From assembly GCA_965223265.1 (NCBI GenBank), contig OZ244999.1:6336001-6400000 (forward strand): a stretch of 64,000 nucleotides of DNA, read 5' to 3'. Position 1 is the stretch's first letter; every line of letters starts with the position of its first letter. The notes beneath the pieces are model-generated. The model was not told the DNA's origin. It did not search any database and was given only the letters and a program-made list of their open reading frames with translations. The stretch is from Planctomycetota bacterium. GTDB taxonomy: Bacteria > Planctomycetota > UBA8108 > SXIK01. Positions 20,384-29,707 of this stretch are shown in pieces. The position numbers and the translations under genes were made by a program.

Positions 20384-22636
20384 ATGTACCGCCCTCTGAT
20401 CGCCTACTTGCTGCTCATTCTGGTGCCCTCGGCCGTGCTTGGGTGGCTGGCGTGGCGCGCCTCCGGGCAGGATTATGCCGCCCAGACGGCGCAGGAATCC
20501 GCGCACGCGCGCGATGAGGCGACGGTGTTAGCACACCGCGTGGAGACAGCTCTGTCCGACCGGCGCCAACACGCCAAACGCTTGGTCGTCTCGACCCTCT
20601 CGGACGCTGACAGCTCCGGGCTTCTCGAGGCTGCTGTCGCCTTTGCGGCAGACGGCAAATGGCTCGGTTACACGATTGCTGCCCGGCGCGCCGGTCGCGA
20701 AAAACGATCCACGGAACAGCGTGAACTCGCTGCTGATCTCAACGCGCAAGTTCACGCGGAAGACGCACGCCTCTACGAGCTCGCGCGGCGCGGCGGCGAA
20801 GCGTATGAGTTCGTCCACCGCGATCCCCATCGCGCGCTCGATGCCTATGCCTTCTATTTGCCGCGACTGCGCGCGCCGCACCTCCGCGATCAGCTTCGCT
20901 TTGCCATCGCCAGGACCGCACTTGCCGCCAGCCGAGCCGACCTTGGCGCCCCGATCCTCAGGCAACTGGCGGCCGGCGACGGCGCGCGCGAAGGCGCGGC
21001 GAGCCTGCCAGGTCGGTCAATCCCGGTCGCGGGAGGCACCCGAGTGCCGCTGGATTTAGCAGCCGCGCTGCGACTCGCCGAACTGGAAAAGAAACAGAGC
21101 GCACATGACGCACACGCCGCGCCACCTGCCGCGTACGACGGCGAACGGTTAGCGCGCGCAGCTCTCCGCCGCCGCGCGCGCGGACTCTCGACGCCGCTCC
21201 TGGCGCTACTCGTCAGTCGACTGCCGACTCCCGATCCCGACCTCGCACGCTACGTCGATCATCGCCGCCAGCTCGAAGAGCTCGTGGCGCGGCACGCATC
21301 GATCCTGTCGCACCACGACGCGGTCCTCGATGGCGACGACCTACTCGTAGCGATCGATGGACAGGAGATCGAACGACCAAACCCGCAGCTGGCAGCTACG
21401 ACACGCGGTATCGTTCGCGTCCCCGCGGCACTGCCGCGCTTGCAAGCGAGCAGCGGCTTGATCGTGGGCATCGTCAGGAGCGGCAGCGACACGCCGGATG
21501 CCAAAGTGTTCGACGTCCGTCCGACCAATACGGCGGCGACGAAGTCCACGAGCGTGCGCCTCCCCGTGGCGATCCGCGACGGCGGCCGCCCAGTATGTTA
21601 TGTCGTCGTCGAGGACGCGACGTTGCCGAAGCGCCTCGCCACGCTTCGAGAGCGCCGTGACGTCCAACGCACGGCGGTAGGCCTCTTGGTTCTCCTCAGC
21701 CTCGCCGGCGGCGCCGTGCTCGTGGTCTACCTAGGCCGTGAGCGCCGGCTCGCGCGCCTGCGCGCGCGCCTCCTTGCCAACGTCTCGCACGAACTCAAAA
21801 CGCCGACGACGTCTGTCCGCTTGTTCAGCGAGATGTTGACCAAAGAGAAGCTCGACCGCGAGCAGACGCGCCGCTTCGCCTCGCTCCTCCACAACGAGAG
21901 CCTTCGTCTCAGCCGCATCATAGAAAACGTTCTCGAGTTCGCGCGCGGCGGCAAACGGCGCGACGTCGAGCTCGAGGAGGTCGACGTGTATGAGTTAGCC
22001 AAGCGCCTCATCGACAGCTTCGAGTACCGTGCGAGCGAACTCGGCGTGCGCCTCGAGTTCAGCGGTGAGGCGCCGCGGCGAGAGGACTTCTCAGTGCAGG
22101 CTAACGGCGCGGCAGTGGAGCGCATTCTCTACAACCTGATAGACAACGCCATCAAGTATCGCGCCTCCGATGATCCGTATGCTCTCGTGCACTTCAGCTG
22201 CGATGCAGACGCCGCGCTCGTCACGGTCACAGACAACGGCGTCGGCATCACACCGCGGGATCGCAAGCGGGTGTTCGAAGAGTTCTATCGCGCCCGTTTT
22301 GATGATTACGCCGTCCAAGGGACAGGCCTCGGGCTGTCGATTGCACGCAGCCTCGCGCGTCAAATGGGTGGCGAGCTGTCGCTGATCGCGACGAGCACCA
22401 AAGGCAGCACCTTCGTGCTTCGCCTGCCAGCGATCGAGTCGAGGACTGGTCACGCCGCGACCGAGCTGGAGACACCAAAGAAGCGGGGCGTTCATCCGAT
22501 TGCACAAGAAAAAGATTCAATAACTCCGGCGGACGCAGCGTCGAAGCTCGACAGTACGGCGCCAGACGCGGCGAAGTCGACGACTCGGCGCGAAGCGACC
22601 GATTCATCCAACCGAGGAGGACGCCATGCCGGGTGA
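20384..22636 (+). CDS. Membrane sensor histidine kinase
   Basis: Two TM segments; HELKTP, NLIDNAIKY, DNGVG and GTGLGL boxes. Confidence 0.92.
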   Translation: MYRPLIAYLLLILVPSAVLGWLAWRASGQDYAAQTAQESAHARDEATVLAHRVETALSDRRQHAKRLVVSTLSDADSSGLLEAAVAFAADGKWLGYTIAARRAGREKRSTEQRELAADLNAQVHAEDARLYELARRGGEAYEFVHRDPHRALDAYAFYLPRLRAPHLRDQLRFAIARTALAASRADLGAPILRQLAAGDGAREGAASLPGRSIPVAGGTRVPLDLAAALRLAELEKKQSAHDAHAAPPAAYDGERLARAALRRRARGLSTPLLALLVSRLPTPDPDLARYVDHRRQLEELVARHASILSHHDAVLDGDDLLVAIDGQEIERPNPQLAATTRGIVRVPAALPRLQASSGLIVGIVRSGSDTPDAKVFDVRPTNTAATKSTSVRLPVAIRDGGRPVCYVVVEDATLPKRLATLRERRDVQRTAVGLLVLLSLAGGAVLVVYLGRERRLARLRARLLANVSHELKTPTTSVRLFSEMLTKEKLDREQTRRFASLLHNESLRLSRIIENVLEFARGGKRRDVELEEVDVYELAKRLIDSFEYRASELGVRLEFSGEAPRREDFSVQANGAAVERILYNLIDNAIKYRASDDPYALVHFSCDADAALVTVTDNGVGITPRDRKRVFEEFYRARFDDYAVQGTGLGLSIARSLARQMGGELSLIATSTKGSTFVLRLPAIESRTGHAATELETPKKRGVHPIAQEKDSITPADAASKLDSTAPDAAKSTTRREATDSSNRGGRHAG

Positions 22637-23303
22637 ACGCATCCTCATCGTCGAGGACGATCCTGCTATTCTCATCGGCCTGAGGGAAAAACTGGCGATC
22701 GAGGGTTACGACACGGTCTCCGCCAAGGATGGCGAAGCGGCGCAGCGGGCACTCGACGAAGCGGCACCCGATCTTGTCATCCTCGATCTCATGCTGCCGA
22801 AGATCGATGGATTGACCCTGCTGCGATGGCTCCGCCAACGTGATCGCGAGCTGCCGGTCCTGATTCTGAGCGCTAAGGGCGCCGAGGCCGACAAGGTCGC
22901 GGGACTGCGGACTGGGGCCGACGACTACCTGGCCAAGCCTTTCGGCCTCGACGAGCTCATCGCGCGCGTTGAGGCGCTCCTGAGACGCACCTGGCACGGC
23001 GCCGAGAGCATCGAGTTCGGCGACGTGCGGGTCGACTGCGAGCGGCGCCTCGTCTTTCGGGCCGGCGCCGAAGTCAACCTGTCTCGACGCGAGCTCGAGG
23101 TGCTCCTCTATCTTTTGCGTCATCGCCGCGGCGTCGTCTCACGCGAGCAGATTCTCGAAGGCGTTTGGGGCTATGAGCCGTCGAGCGCCGCGCGCTCCGT
23201 CGACTTTCACATCCTGAATCTGCGCCGCAAGCTCGAGAAGGATCCGAAAAATCCGGTCCATCTCGTCACCCGTCACGGCATGGGCTTTCAGCTCGTGGTG
23301 TGA
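22626..23303 (+). CDS. OmpR-family response regulator
   Basis: IVEDD, LDLMLP, GADDYLAKPF and a winged-helix C-terminus. Confidence 0.95.
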   Translation: MPGERILIVEDDPAILIGLREKLAIEGYDTVSAKDGEAAQRALDEAAPDLVILDLMLPKIDGLTLLRWLRQRDRELPVLILSAKGAEADKVAGLRTGADDYLAKPFGLDELIARVEALLRRTWHGAESIEFGDVRVDCERRLVFRAGAEVNLSRRELEVLLYLLRHRRGVVSREQILEGVWGYEPSSAARSVDFHILNLRRKLEKDPKNPVHLVTRHGMGFQLVV

Positions 23304-23507
23304 CGTCAGCGCCTGCCAAGACATGACGGCAACAAAGGTCGAAAGTCTTTGGCTGCCCCCTTTGTTGCCTTCGTTCTCTTCTGTTCGATTCTTCACGTGA
23401 CCGGGTAGCTTGAGGCTTGCACTCATGCTTGTTCTTGGACAGAAAGCAGCCAGGAAAACGAAGGAAGAAGAGCGGAGAGCTCTCGTGCGCGCGGCGCGAT
23501 CCTTCGC

Positions 23508-24485
23508 TCAGTGCCGCTTCATCCGCTTGCTGACGCGATGGAGAAAACGGCGTTCCTTACGCGTCAGCGACATCATGCCATGCTCCTGAATCTTCTTGAG
23601 CAGCGCATCGAGCTCACGGCGCTCCTCGGGCGTCGCCTCGCTCGCCTCGGCTCGACGCTGGCGCAAGCGGTCGAGGAACGACGGCCGATCGCTCGTGCGG
23701 CGACGCGAACCCTCGAGACTCGTGTAGCCGCGCGAAAAATCGTAGCCGAACGTGTCGTCGCCGATCTCTCCCTCGCGCAGGCGCACGTAGAGCTGCTCCG
23801 TTCCAAACCAGGCCCAGATCAGAATCAGAACGAGCCAGAACTCTCCCGTCACGATCGCAAACAGCGCACCGACGATCGCGCAGCCGCGCGAGACGTAGAT
23901 CGTGATCAGAGTGGCGCGACCGTAGGCGCCGGGCGCGCCCTTCTTCGACATCCATCCCCACAGGAGCGAGTGAAAAATACGCCCACCGTCGAGGGGATAG
24001 AGCGGCACGAGATTGAAGATGAGAAGGATGAGCTGAAAGTTGACCAACGTGCGGCGCACCTGCCCAACGTACACGTTATCGCCAAGAGAGGGGTCGAGCC
24101 GAAGCATCACCGTGAACGCAATCCACGAGAAAAGAATGAGACCGAGCGTCACGGCAGGCCCTCCGGCCGCAACGATGAACTGGCTTCGCGGCACGTTCGG
24201 CGCACTACAAAACGCCAGGCCTCCGAGCGGCCACATGAGGATGTCCTCTGCATCACCGCCGACAGCCCGAGCAGCGAAGGCGTGGCCGAATTCATGCAGC
24301 AGAATCGCGACGAAGATGATGCCGGTCGTCAGTAGCCACCAAAGCAGCAATTCGCCACGCCGAAATCCATCGCTATACAGTTCGCTAAGCTGCATGACCC
24401 AAAAGGCAAGGAGCAGCCAATGGATGCGGACGCGAATTCCCGCGATGCGTCCGATGGGAAGTCCCCAGGAGTAAAACTCGTTCAT
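23508..24485 (-). CDS. Site-2 protease (M50) with a short C-terminal helical domain
   Basis: HEFGH and NLVPLYPLDGG motifs, multiple TMs, C-terminal LDALLKKI...G..SLT..ERRFL. Confidence 0.88.
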   Translation of the reverse strand: MNEFYSWGLPIGRIAGIRVRIHWLLLAFWVMQLSELYSDGFRRGELLLWWLLTTGIIFVAILLHEFGHAFAARAVGGDAEDILMWPLGGLAFCSAPNVPRSQFIVAAGGPAVTLGLILFSWIAFTVMLRLDPSLGDNVYVGQVRRTLVNFQLILLIFNLVPLYPLDGGRIFHSLLWGWMSKKGAPGAYGRATLITIYVSRGCAIVGALFAIVTGEFWLVLILIWAWFGTEQLYVRLREGEIGDDTFGYDFSRGYTSLEGSRRRTSDRPSFLDRLRQRRAEASEATPEERRELDALLKKIQEHGMMSLTRKERRFLHRVSKRMKRH

Positions 24486-24855
24486 CGCGCTGCTTCGAAA
24501 GGAATGAATGATCGGTACGTCTCAGTAGCGCGGCGTCGGCTCTGCACGAGACCGTCAGAATCGGCGCACCCGATCGCCACGTTTGATCAGCCTGACTATA
24601 CCGTGAAATACCGAAAACCCAACCCGCAGGCAAATCGAGAGTTCGTCGACGTGTGAGCGCCGGAGAATTCTGTAGTTTCACTTGCCGCGTGCCTGCAATT
24701 GTTGTTGCTGGCCCATTGACGCCGCACTATGATGCGGAGCCAGAGATGAGAAGGACCCGTTCTCGGTGGCGGCGGGGGAATCCCCCCGCGGAGAGGCAGA
24801 CCGATGAGCCAACACGGGCCAACAGGATCGCGGCGAACCGAGTTCACTTGCGAGC

Positions 24856-26037
24856 ATGGTAGTGAGTTCACTCGCGCCGAGGGCGCTGGATCAAGCCGCC
24901 CGCTGGCGTGCGCGAACGGCGGCTGGGGCAGCGGTGCGATGGTGGGCGCTCGTCGCAGTTCTTTCAGCCACATTTTCAGTCCCACTCGCGGCGGCCGAAG
25001 AAAAAACGCCCGATCTGCCGACGGCGAGACGAGCGCTACGAAACGCGCTCAGAACTCTGCGACGCGAGAAAAACTACGCACTCACGCTCAGGTACGAGCG
25101 CGGCATCGCCGAAGATGCGACGCACCGCGCGAAGTCGAGCGTGTCCCGAGCCACTTACACAGGCAACGTCCTTCGCAACCGCTTCATGCACGTACCGAAG
25201 TACAAAGCATACCGAACGCCTACTCGAGGCGTCTGGTGGGAACCAGATCGCATCAAGCAGGGCGGCACGTTTCGCGAGCGAAAGAAGCAGAAAGTCAATG
25301 GGGGTTGGCGCGCCATCGTCTTTCCGGCTCAATCGGTGGGCGGAAACAAAGCCTTCATAATGCACTCGCGCTTCTATTTCCCCACCGAGATCCTCGAAGA
25401 CGCAATGACACACGTAGGCTCTGCGCGTTGGGTTGATCAGTCTCTGATCCCGGAAGCAACGCCCCAAGACGATGACGGCGACGCTGCGGACGCGGATACC
25501 GATCCAGACTTGGACAGACGCGACAAGAAGAAGAAGAAGAAGAAGAAGAAGAAGAAGAACAGCACCGCTGAGAAGAAGCAGCTGGACGGCGAGAGTCAGC
25601 GCAGCAAAGGGCGCACCCGAGTCGACCGACCGAAACACTCTACGTCTGCGGTCAAGCCCGAAAAGCTCATTCGCGTGACCGTGCCACCGAAGCTTGCGCA
25701 GAAGAAACGCGTCTCCTGCGGCGGCTGGGGGTGAGGCTGGGGACGCGACTTGGCCGGTCTGGACAAGAGTCACGACAACGCGTTTTACGAAATTTGGATC
25801 GACCCTGAGACGCAGCGCCCCGTGCGTATCCGCTACCTCGTCCTGGTGGCGCCCATCGGTGGGCGCACGAAGGCCGCCGCGAAGATCAAGAAAGGCAAGA
25901 TCCTCGACGGCAAGCACTACGTGTTCCATTTTGATTTCACCATATCCGACTTCGGAGAGATCAAGCCGTTCTCCGTCCCCAAAGAGGCTCGTGCGGTCCT
26001 GGCGAAGATCAAAGATCTCGATCGTTCGGCATTCTGA
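24856..26037 (+). CDS. Exported protein with in-frame TGA at 25732-25734 (candidate selenoprotein, about 393 aa, possibly LolA/LppX-like fold)
   Basis: ORFs 24856-25734 and 25750-26037 are in the same frame with a single TGA between them. There is a signal peptide, a SECIS-like hairpin 3' of the TGA, and a C-terminal IWIDPET..P.RI...SDFG....VP.EA. Confidence 0.65.
25525..25557 (+). repeat. (AAG)11 trinucleotide run encoding poly-Lys
   Basis: Read directly from the sequence. Confidence 0.9.
25742..25785 (+). promoter_or_regulatory. Putative bacterial SECIS element
   Basis: GAC-UUG-G-CC[GGUCU]GG-A-CAA-GA-GUC hairpin; the apical GGUCU starts 21 nt after the UGA and resembles E. coli fdhF GCAGGUCUG in the same Ala-Gly-Leu frame. 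Confidence 0.55.
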
Positions 26038-27101
26038 TGCGACCGCTTTCGAGTTCCACACAAAGAGTGAGTGCCGCAGCGATCGTGTGCGTTCTCTCCT
26101 TGAGTTCAGCAGCACACCCGGATGAGGCGAACACCGAGCCGACGCTCGCCAACTCTGTCAAACTGGGCGAATGGCGGCACGGTCCGAAGGTCAAGTTGAG
26201 CCGTCTCAAAGGGCGCGTCGTGGTCGTCATGACGATAATGTCGCACCACCTGTATCTGCGGAACGCGCGCCTCCATCACCTCGACAATTGGAACAGAAAG
26301 TTCGCGGCACGAGGGGTGACGGTGATCGTGACAGTCAAGCCCCGCGCGGAACACGCTCTGCGCGTCTGGCACACTGTGTGGACGAGTGATTGGCGATTCA
26401 CGATCACCGAGGGCGGTTCGGTCTCCTTGCCAGACTACAACCCTTCCCAGACGACTCTCTTCGTCTTCGGTGCCGACGGCAAGCTCGTCGACGCAGGATC
26501 ACTCGGAGAGCTGCAAAAGACGGTCCTGCAGCTATTCGAGACCGAACCACATTTCGTCATGGCAGACCGCAAGTACGAGCACTTCGCCAAGTATGACGCG
26601 GCGCTCAAGCGAGGGCTGAGCTACGGCGCAGCAATCGCGCGCATAAAAAAGGAGGCTGGCAAAAAGCGTGAGACGCTGGAGGAGGCCAAGCATCTCGTCA
26701 AGCGCATGCAACGTCTTGGTAAAAGCCGTCTGTCGCGGGCACGAAAACTTGAGAAGGCCGATCTCACCGAGGCGATCGAAGCCTATGAGTTGGTGGCGCG
26801 TGAGTGGAAGGGGGAAAAAGTCGGAGCGCGCGCCCGCAGCCGCGTCGACAAACTCCGCAGTGACGCCGACGTTCAGCGCCAGCTCAAGTCACTCAAAATC
26901 GCGGCAGCGATTCTGAAACGCTTCGAGGACTTCAGGTTCATCGGGCACGAAATCAAGCCCGAAAACCCCCACAACCAGCGCGTCCGCGCCCGCATTGAGG
27001 CGGATGCCAAAGCCATGCTCAAGCACTACGCGGGCACGCAAGGTGCGCGGAAAGTGAAGAAACAGCTCAAGCGGTACAGCATCGAACTGCCCGCACCGTA
27101 G
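26037..27101 (+). CDS. Exported TlpA/thioredoxin-like protein without CxxC, with a helical C-terminal domain
   Basis: EW..GP.V.L..LKGRVVVV...KFAARGVTVI...LFVFGADGKLV; TGATG coupling to the upstream gene. Confidence 0.6.
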   Translation: MRPLSSSTQRVSAAAIVCVLSLSSAAHPDEANTEPTLANSVKLGEWRHGPKVKLSRLKGRVVVVMTIMSHHLYLRNARLHHLDNWNRKFAARGVTVIVTVKPRAEHALRVWHTVWTSDWRFTITEGGSVSLPDYNPSQTTLFVFGADGKLVDAGSLGELQKTVLQLFETEPHFVMADRKYEHFAKYDAALKRGLSYGAAIARIKKEAGKKRETLEEAKHLVKRMQRLGKSRLSRARKLEKADLTEAIEAYELVAREWKGEKVGARARSRVDKLRSDADVQRQLKSLKIAAAILKRFEDFRFIGHEIKPENPHNQRVRARIEADAKAMLKHYAGTQGARKVKKQLKRYSIELPAP

Positions 27102-27238
27102 TCGAGGCGCTGATCGGGGGTACGCGCGTCTCAAAACGGCACTCGGAAGACCTCTTCGCCGCGCCTTTTCGTCATTTTTCGCAGGCGTTTGGGAGTGGAC
27201 TCTTTCTGAGTCGCCCCTGAGCCGCTAACCTTCAGACT

Positions 27239-27892
27239 ATGTGGCCCGACCACGACAACACGGCACGTCTTCTCGAGCGCGCTCGAGAAGGTGACAGCGA
27301 GGCAGAGAATCAGCTCCTGGCGCGGCATCGCGACGCCCTCAGGCGCGTCGTCGCGCTGCGACTCGATCCCGCCATCGCGGGCCGCATCGACGCCAGCGAC
27401 ATCGTGCAGGAGGCGCTCGTCGAAGCGAGTCGGCGGCTGCCGCAGTACATGGCGGATCCCGCCATGCCGTTTCATCTTTGGCTACGTCAACTAGCGAAAG
27501 ATCACCTGATCGACGCTCATCGAAAACACCGCGTGGCGCAGAAACGAAGTGTCGACCGCGAACGCTCGCTGACGGATCCAATCGCGAGCGACAGTTCATC
27601 GATCGCCCTTCTCCAGCAGCTGGCGGCAGAAGGCCTGACCCCGCAGGCCGCCGCCATGCGCAAGGAGATTCAGGCACGATTCCGAGGCGCGCTTGACGAG
27701 CTTAAGGAGACGGATCGCGAGGTTCTCCTCATGCGCCACTTCGAACAGCTGACCAACCAGGAGGTGGCCACGGCTCTCGACCTCAGCGAGCCTGCCGCTG
27801 CCATGCGCTACATGCGGGCCATCCGGCGCCTTGGTGAGCTCATCGGTGGTGATGGTGACGCAAGTGGGGGTCGGGAGAGCGGCGCCGAATGA
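27239..27892 (+). CDS. Planctomycete-type ECF sigma-70 factor
   Basis: RIDASDIVQEA, FHLWLRQ..D.HRKH....RSVDRE and DREVLLMRHFEQL.N.EVA. Confidence 0.9.
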   Translation: MWPDHDNTARLLERAREGDSEAENQLLARHRDALRRVVALRLDPAIAGRIDASDIVQEALVEASRRLPQYMADPAMPFHLWLRQLAKDHLIDAHRKHRVAQKRSVDRERSLTDPIASDSSSIALLQQLAAEGLTPQAAAMRKEIQARFRGALDELKETDREVLLMRHFEQLTNQEVATALDLSEPAAAMRYMRAIRRLGELIGGDGDASGGRESGAE

Positions 27893-29652
27893 CGCAGGAG
27901 CCACACGGAAAGCGCGAGCATTCGGCGGCGGCTTCCGACGGCGACGCCAACGACGCGAATCTCGCCGCCGAAGTGACCGCGGGAGAGCGCGACGCGGCGC
28001 TCGCCCAACTGCTCGATCGTGCCGTTGCGGAGCTCCGAGCCGGTCGACACCCGGACGCTGCAGCGCTGGCGGCGGAACGACCGGAACTGACAGACGAGCT
28101 GCGCCACCTTCTGGGGACTCTCGTGATCACCGAAGAGCTTGCCGGATCCAGCTCTGCACTCGACCCGGCGGCGACCGGCTCTGTTCATGGTGTTGACATC
28201 CTCGCGGGCGGAACACCGCTGCCTGAGCGCTTTGGCGGCTTTGACATCGTTCGCGAGCTCGGCCGCGGCGGCATGGGCATCGTCTATGAGGCGCGCCAAG
28301 CGACGCTCGACCGCACCGTGGCGCTCAAGGTACTGATCGGCGGCGCGCGGGCATCAGCGAGCGACAACGAACGCTTCTACACCGAGGCGCGGTCTGCCGC
28401 GCGGCTCCAGCATCCCAACATCGTTGCTGTCTATGACGTCGGAGAGCACGACGGGCAGCCTTACTTCACGATGCGCCGCGTCGATGGTGAAACGCTCGCG
28501 CAGCGACTCATCGCCGGACCACTCGCACCGCGCGACGCCGCGCAGCTCCTGGTGCTGGTCGCACGCGCCGTACAGCACGCGCACGAGATGGGCGTCCTCC
28601 ATCGCGATCTCAAACCGTCGAACGTCCTGCTCGATCGACGCGGCGCACCCCACGTCACCGACTTCGGGCTCGCCAAACCTCTGGACGCCGACAGCGGTTT
28701 GACGCAGACAGGAGCCATCCTCGGGTCACCGAGCTACATGGCACCCGAACAAGCAGCGGGCAAGCGCGGCATCGTGGGCGCCGCTACTGATGTCTACGGA
28801 CTCGGCGCGATTCTCTACCACGTTCTTACCGGGCGCCCACCCTTTCAAGCGGCGACGCCTTTCGACACGGTGCTGGCGGTTCTCGAGCAGCAGGTCGTGC
28901 CGCCGAGGGTTCTCCAGCCGAACATCGATCGAGATCTCGAGATGATTTGCCTGCGGTGCCTGCAAAAGCCCCAAGATTTGCGCTACGCGTCAGCCGCGAC
29001 GCTCGCAGACGACCTCGAAGCCTACTTGCGCGGCGAGGCAGTGTCAGCGCGCTCGACCGGCATCATGGACGTCATGAGCCGCGTCTTTCGCGAAACGCCG
29101 CACGCACACGTGTTGGAGAACTGGGGGCTGCTGTGGATGCTCCACAGCTGCGCGCTGCTCGCACTTTGCCTCGTAACCCACTACATGCGCTATCACCGCG
29201 GCATCATGTCGCCGGGCCCTTACATCGCGCTGTGGACGATCGGGCTCGGCGCTTGGGCGGCCATCTTCTGGGGCCTGAGGCGCCGGGGCGGTCCGATCAC
29301 ATGGATCGAACGGCAAATCGCACACCTCTGGGGCGCCGGCATCATCTGCAGCTCTCTGCTCTTCCTCCTCGAGATCATCCTGCGGCTGCCAGTGCTGACA
29401 CTCTCGCCGGTCTTACCCCTCATCAGCGGCAGCGTCTTTCTCGCCAAGGCCGGAATTCTGTCAGGCATATTCTACATTCAGGCGGGATGCCTTTTCGCGC
29501 TCAGCGCCCTGATGGCCTTCCACCCCACCAGCGGACTCGTACTCTTCGGGTTTGCCTCGGCAGCCAGCTTCTTCATTCCAGGTCTCAAGTACTATCGCCA
29601 GCGACGCGCGCAAGAGCGTTCGATCGCCGACGACGCTCAACATCCAACGTAG
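27889..29652 (+). CDS. Membrane Ser/Thr protein kinase coupled to the ECF sigma factor
   Basis: GRGGMG, VALK, HRDLKPSN, DFG and APE motifs; multi-TM C-terminus; ATGA overlap. Confidence 0.92.
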   Translation: MTQEPHGKREHSAAASDGDANDANLAAEVTAGERDAALAQLLDRAVAELRAGRHPDAAALAAERPELTDELRHLLGTLVITEELAGSSSALDPAATGSVHGVDILAGGTPLPERFGGFDIVRELGRGGMGIVYEARQATLDRTVALKVLIGGARASASDNERFYTEARSAARLQHPNIVAVYDVGEHDGQPYFTMRRVDGETLAQRLIAGPLAPRDAAQLLVLVARAVQHAHEMGVLHRDLKPSNVLLDRRGAPHVTDFGLAKPLDADSGLTQTGAILGSPSYMAPEQAAGKRGIVGAATDVYGLGAILYHVLTGRPPFQAATPFDTVLAVLEQQVVPPRVLQPNIDRDLEMICLRCLQKPQDLRYASAATLADDLEAYLRGEAVSARSTGIMDVMSRVFRETPHAHVLENWGLLWMLHSCALLALCLVTHYMRYHRGIMSPGPYIALWTIGLGAWAAIFWGLRRRGGPITWIERQIAHLWGAGIICSSLLFLLEIILRLPVLTLSPVLPLISGSVFLAKAGILSGIFYIQAGCLFALSALMAFHPTSGLVLFGFASAASFFIPGLKYYRQRRAQERSIADDAQHPT

Positions 29653-29707
29653 CTGGGTCAACTGACGATTGTGTTCGGCGGCATCGCATTCGCGATGACA
29701 CTCACAC

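Noticed and set aside
19733-20399. ORFs with CDCD, VGVG, RGRG and TDTD dipeptide runs
   Set aside because: They are artefacts of hexamer microsatellites, which are stop-free in several frames.
24769-24790. Hairpin gcgggggaatccccccgc as an ncRNA or riboswitch
   Set aside because: It is a single GC-rich stem with no recognisable family motif.
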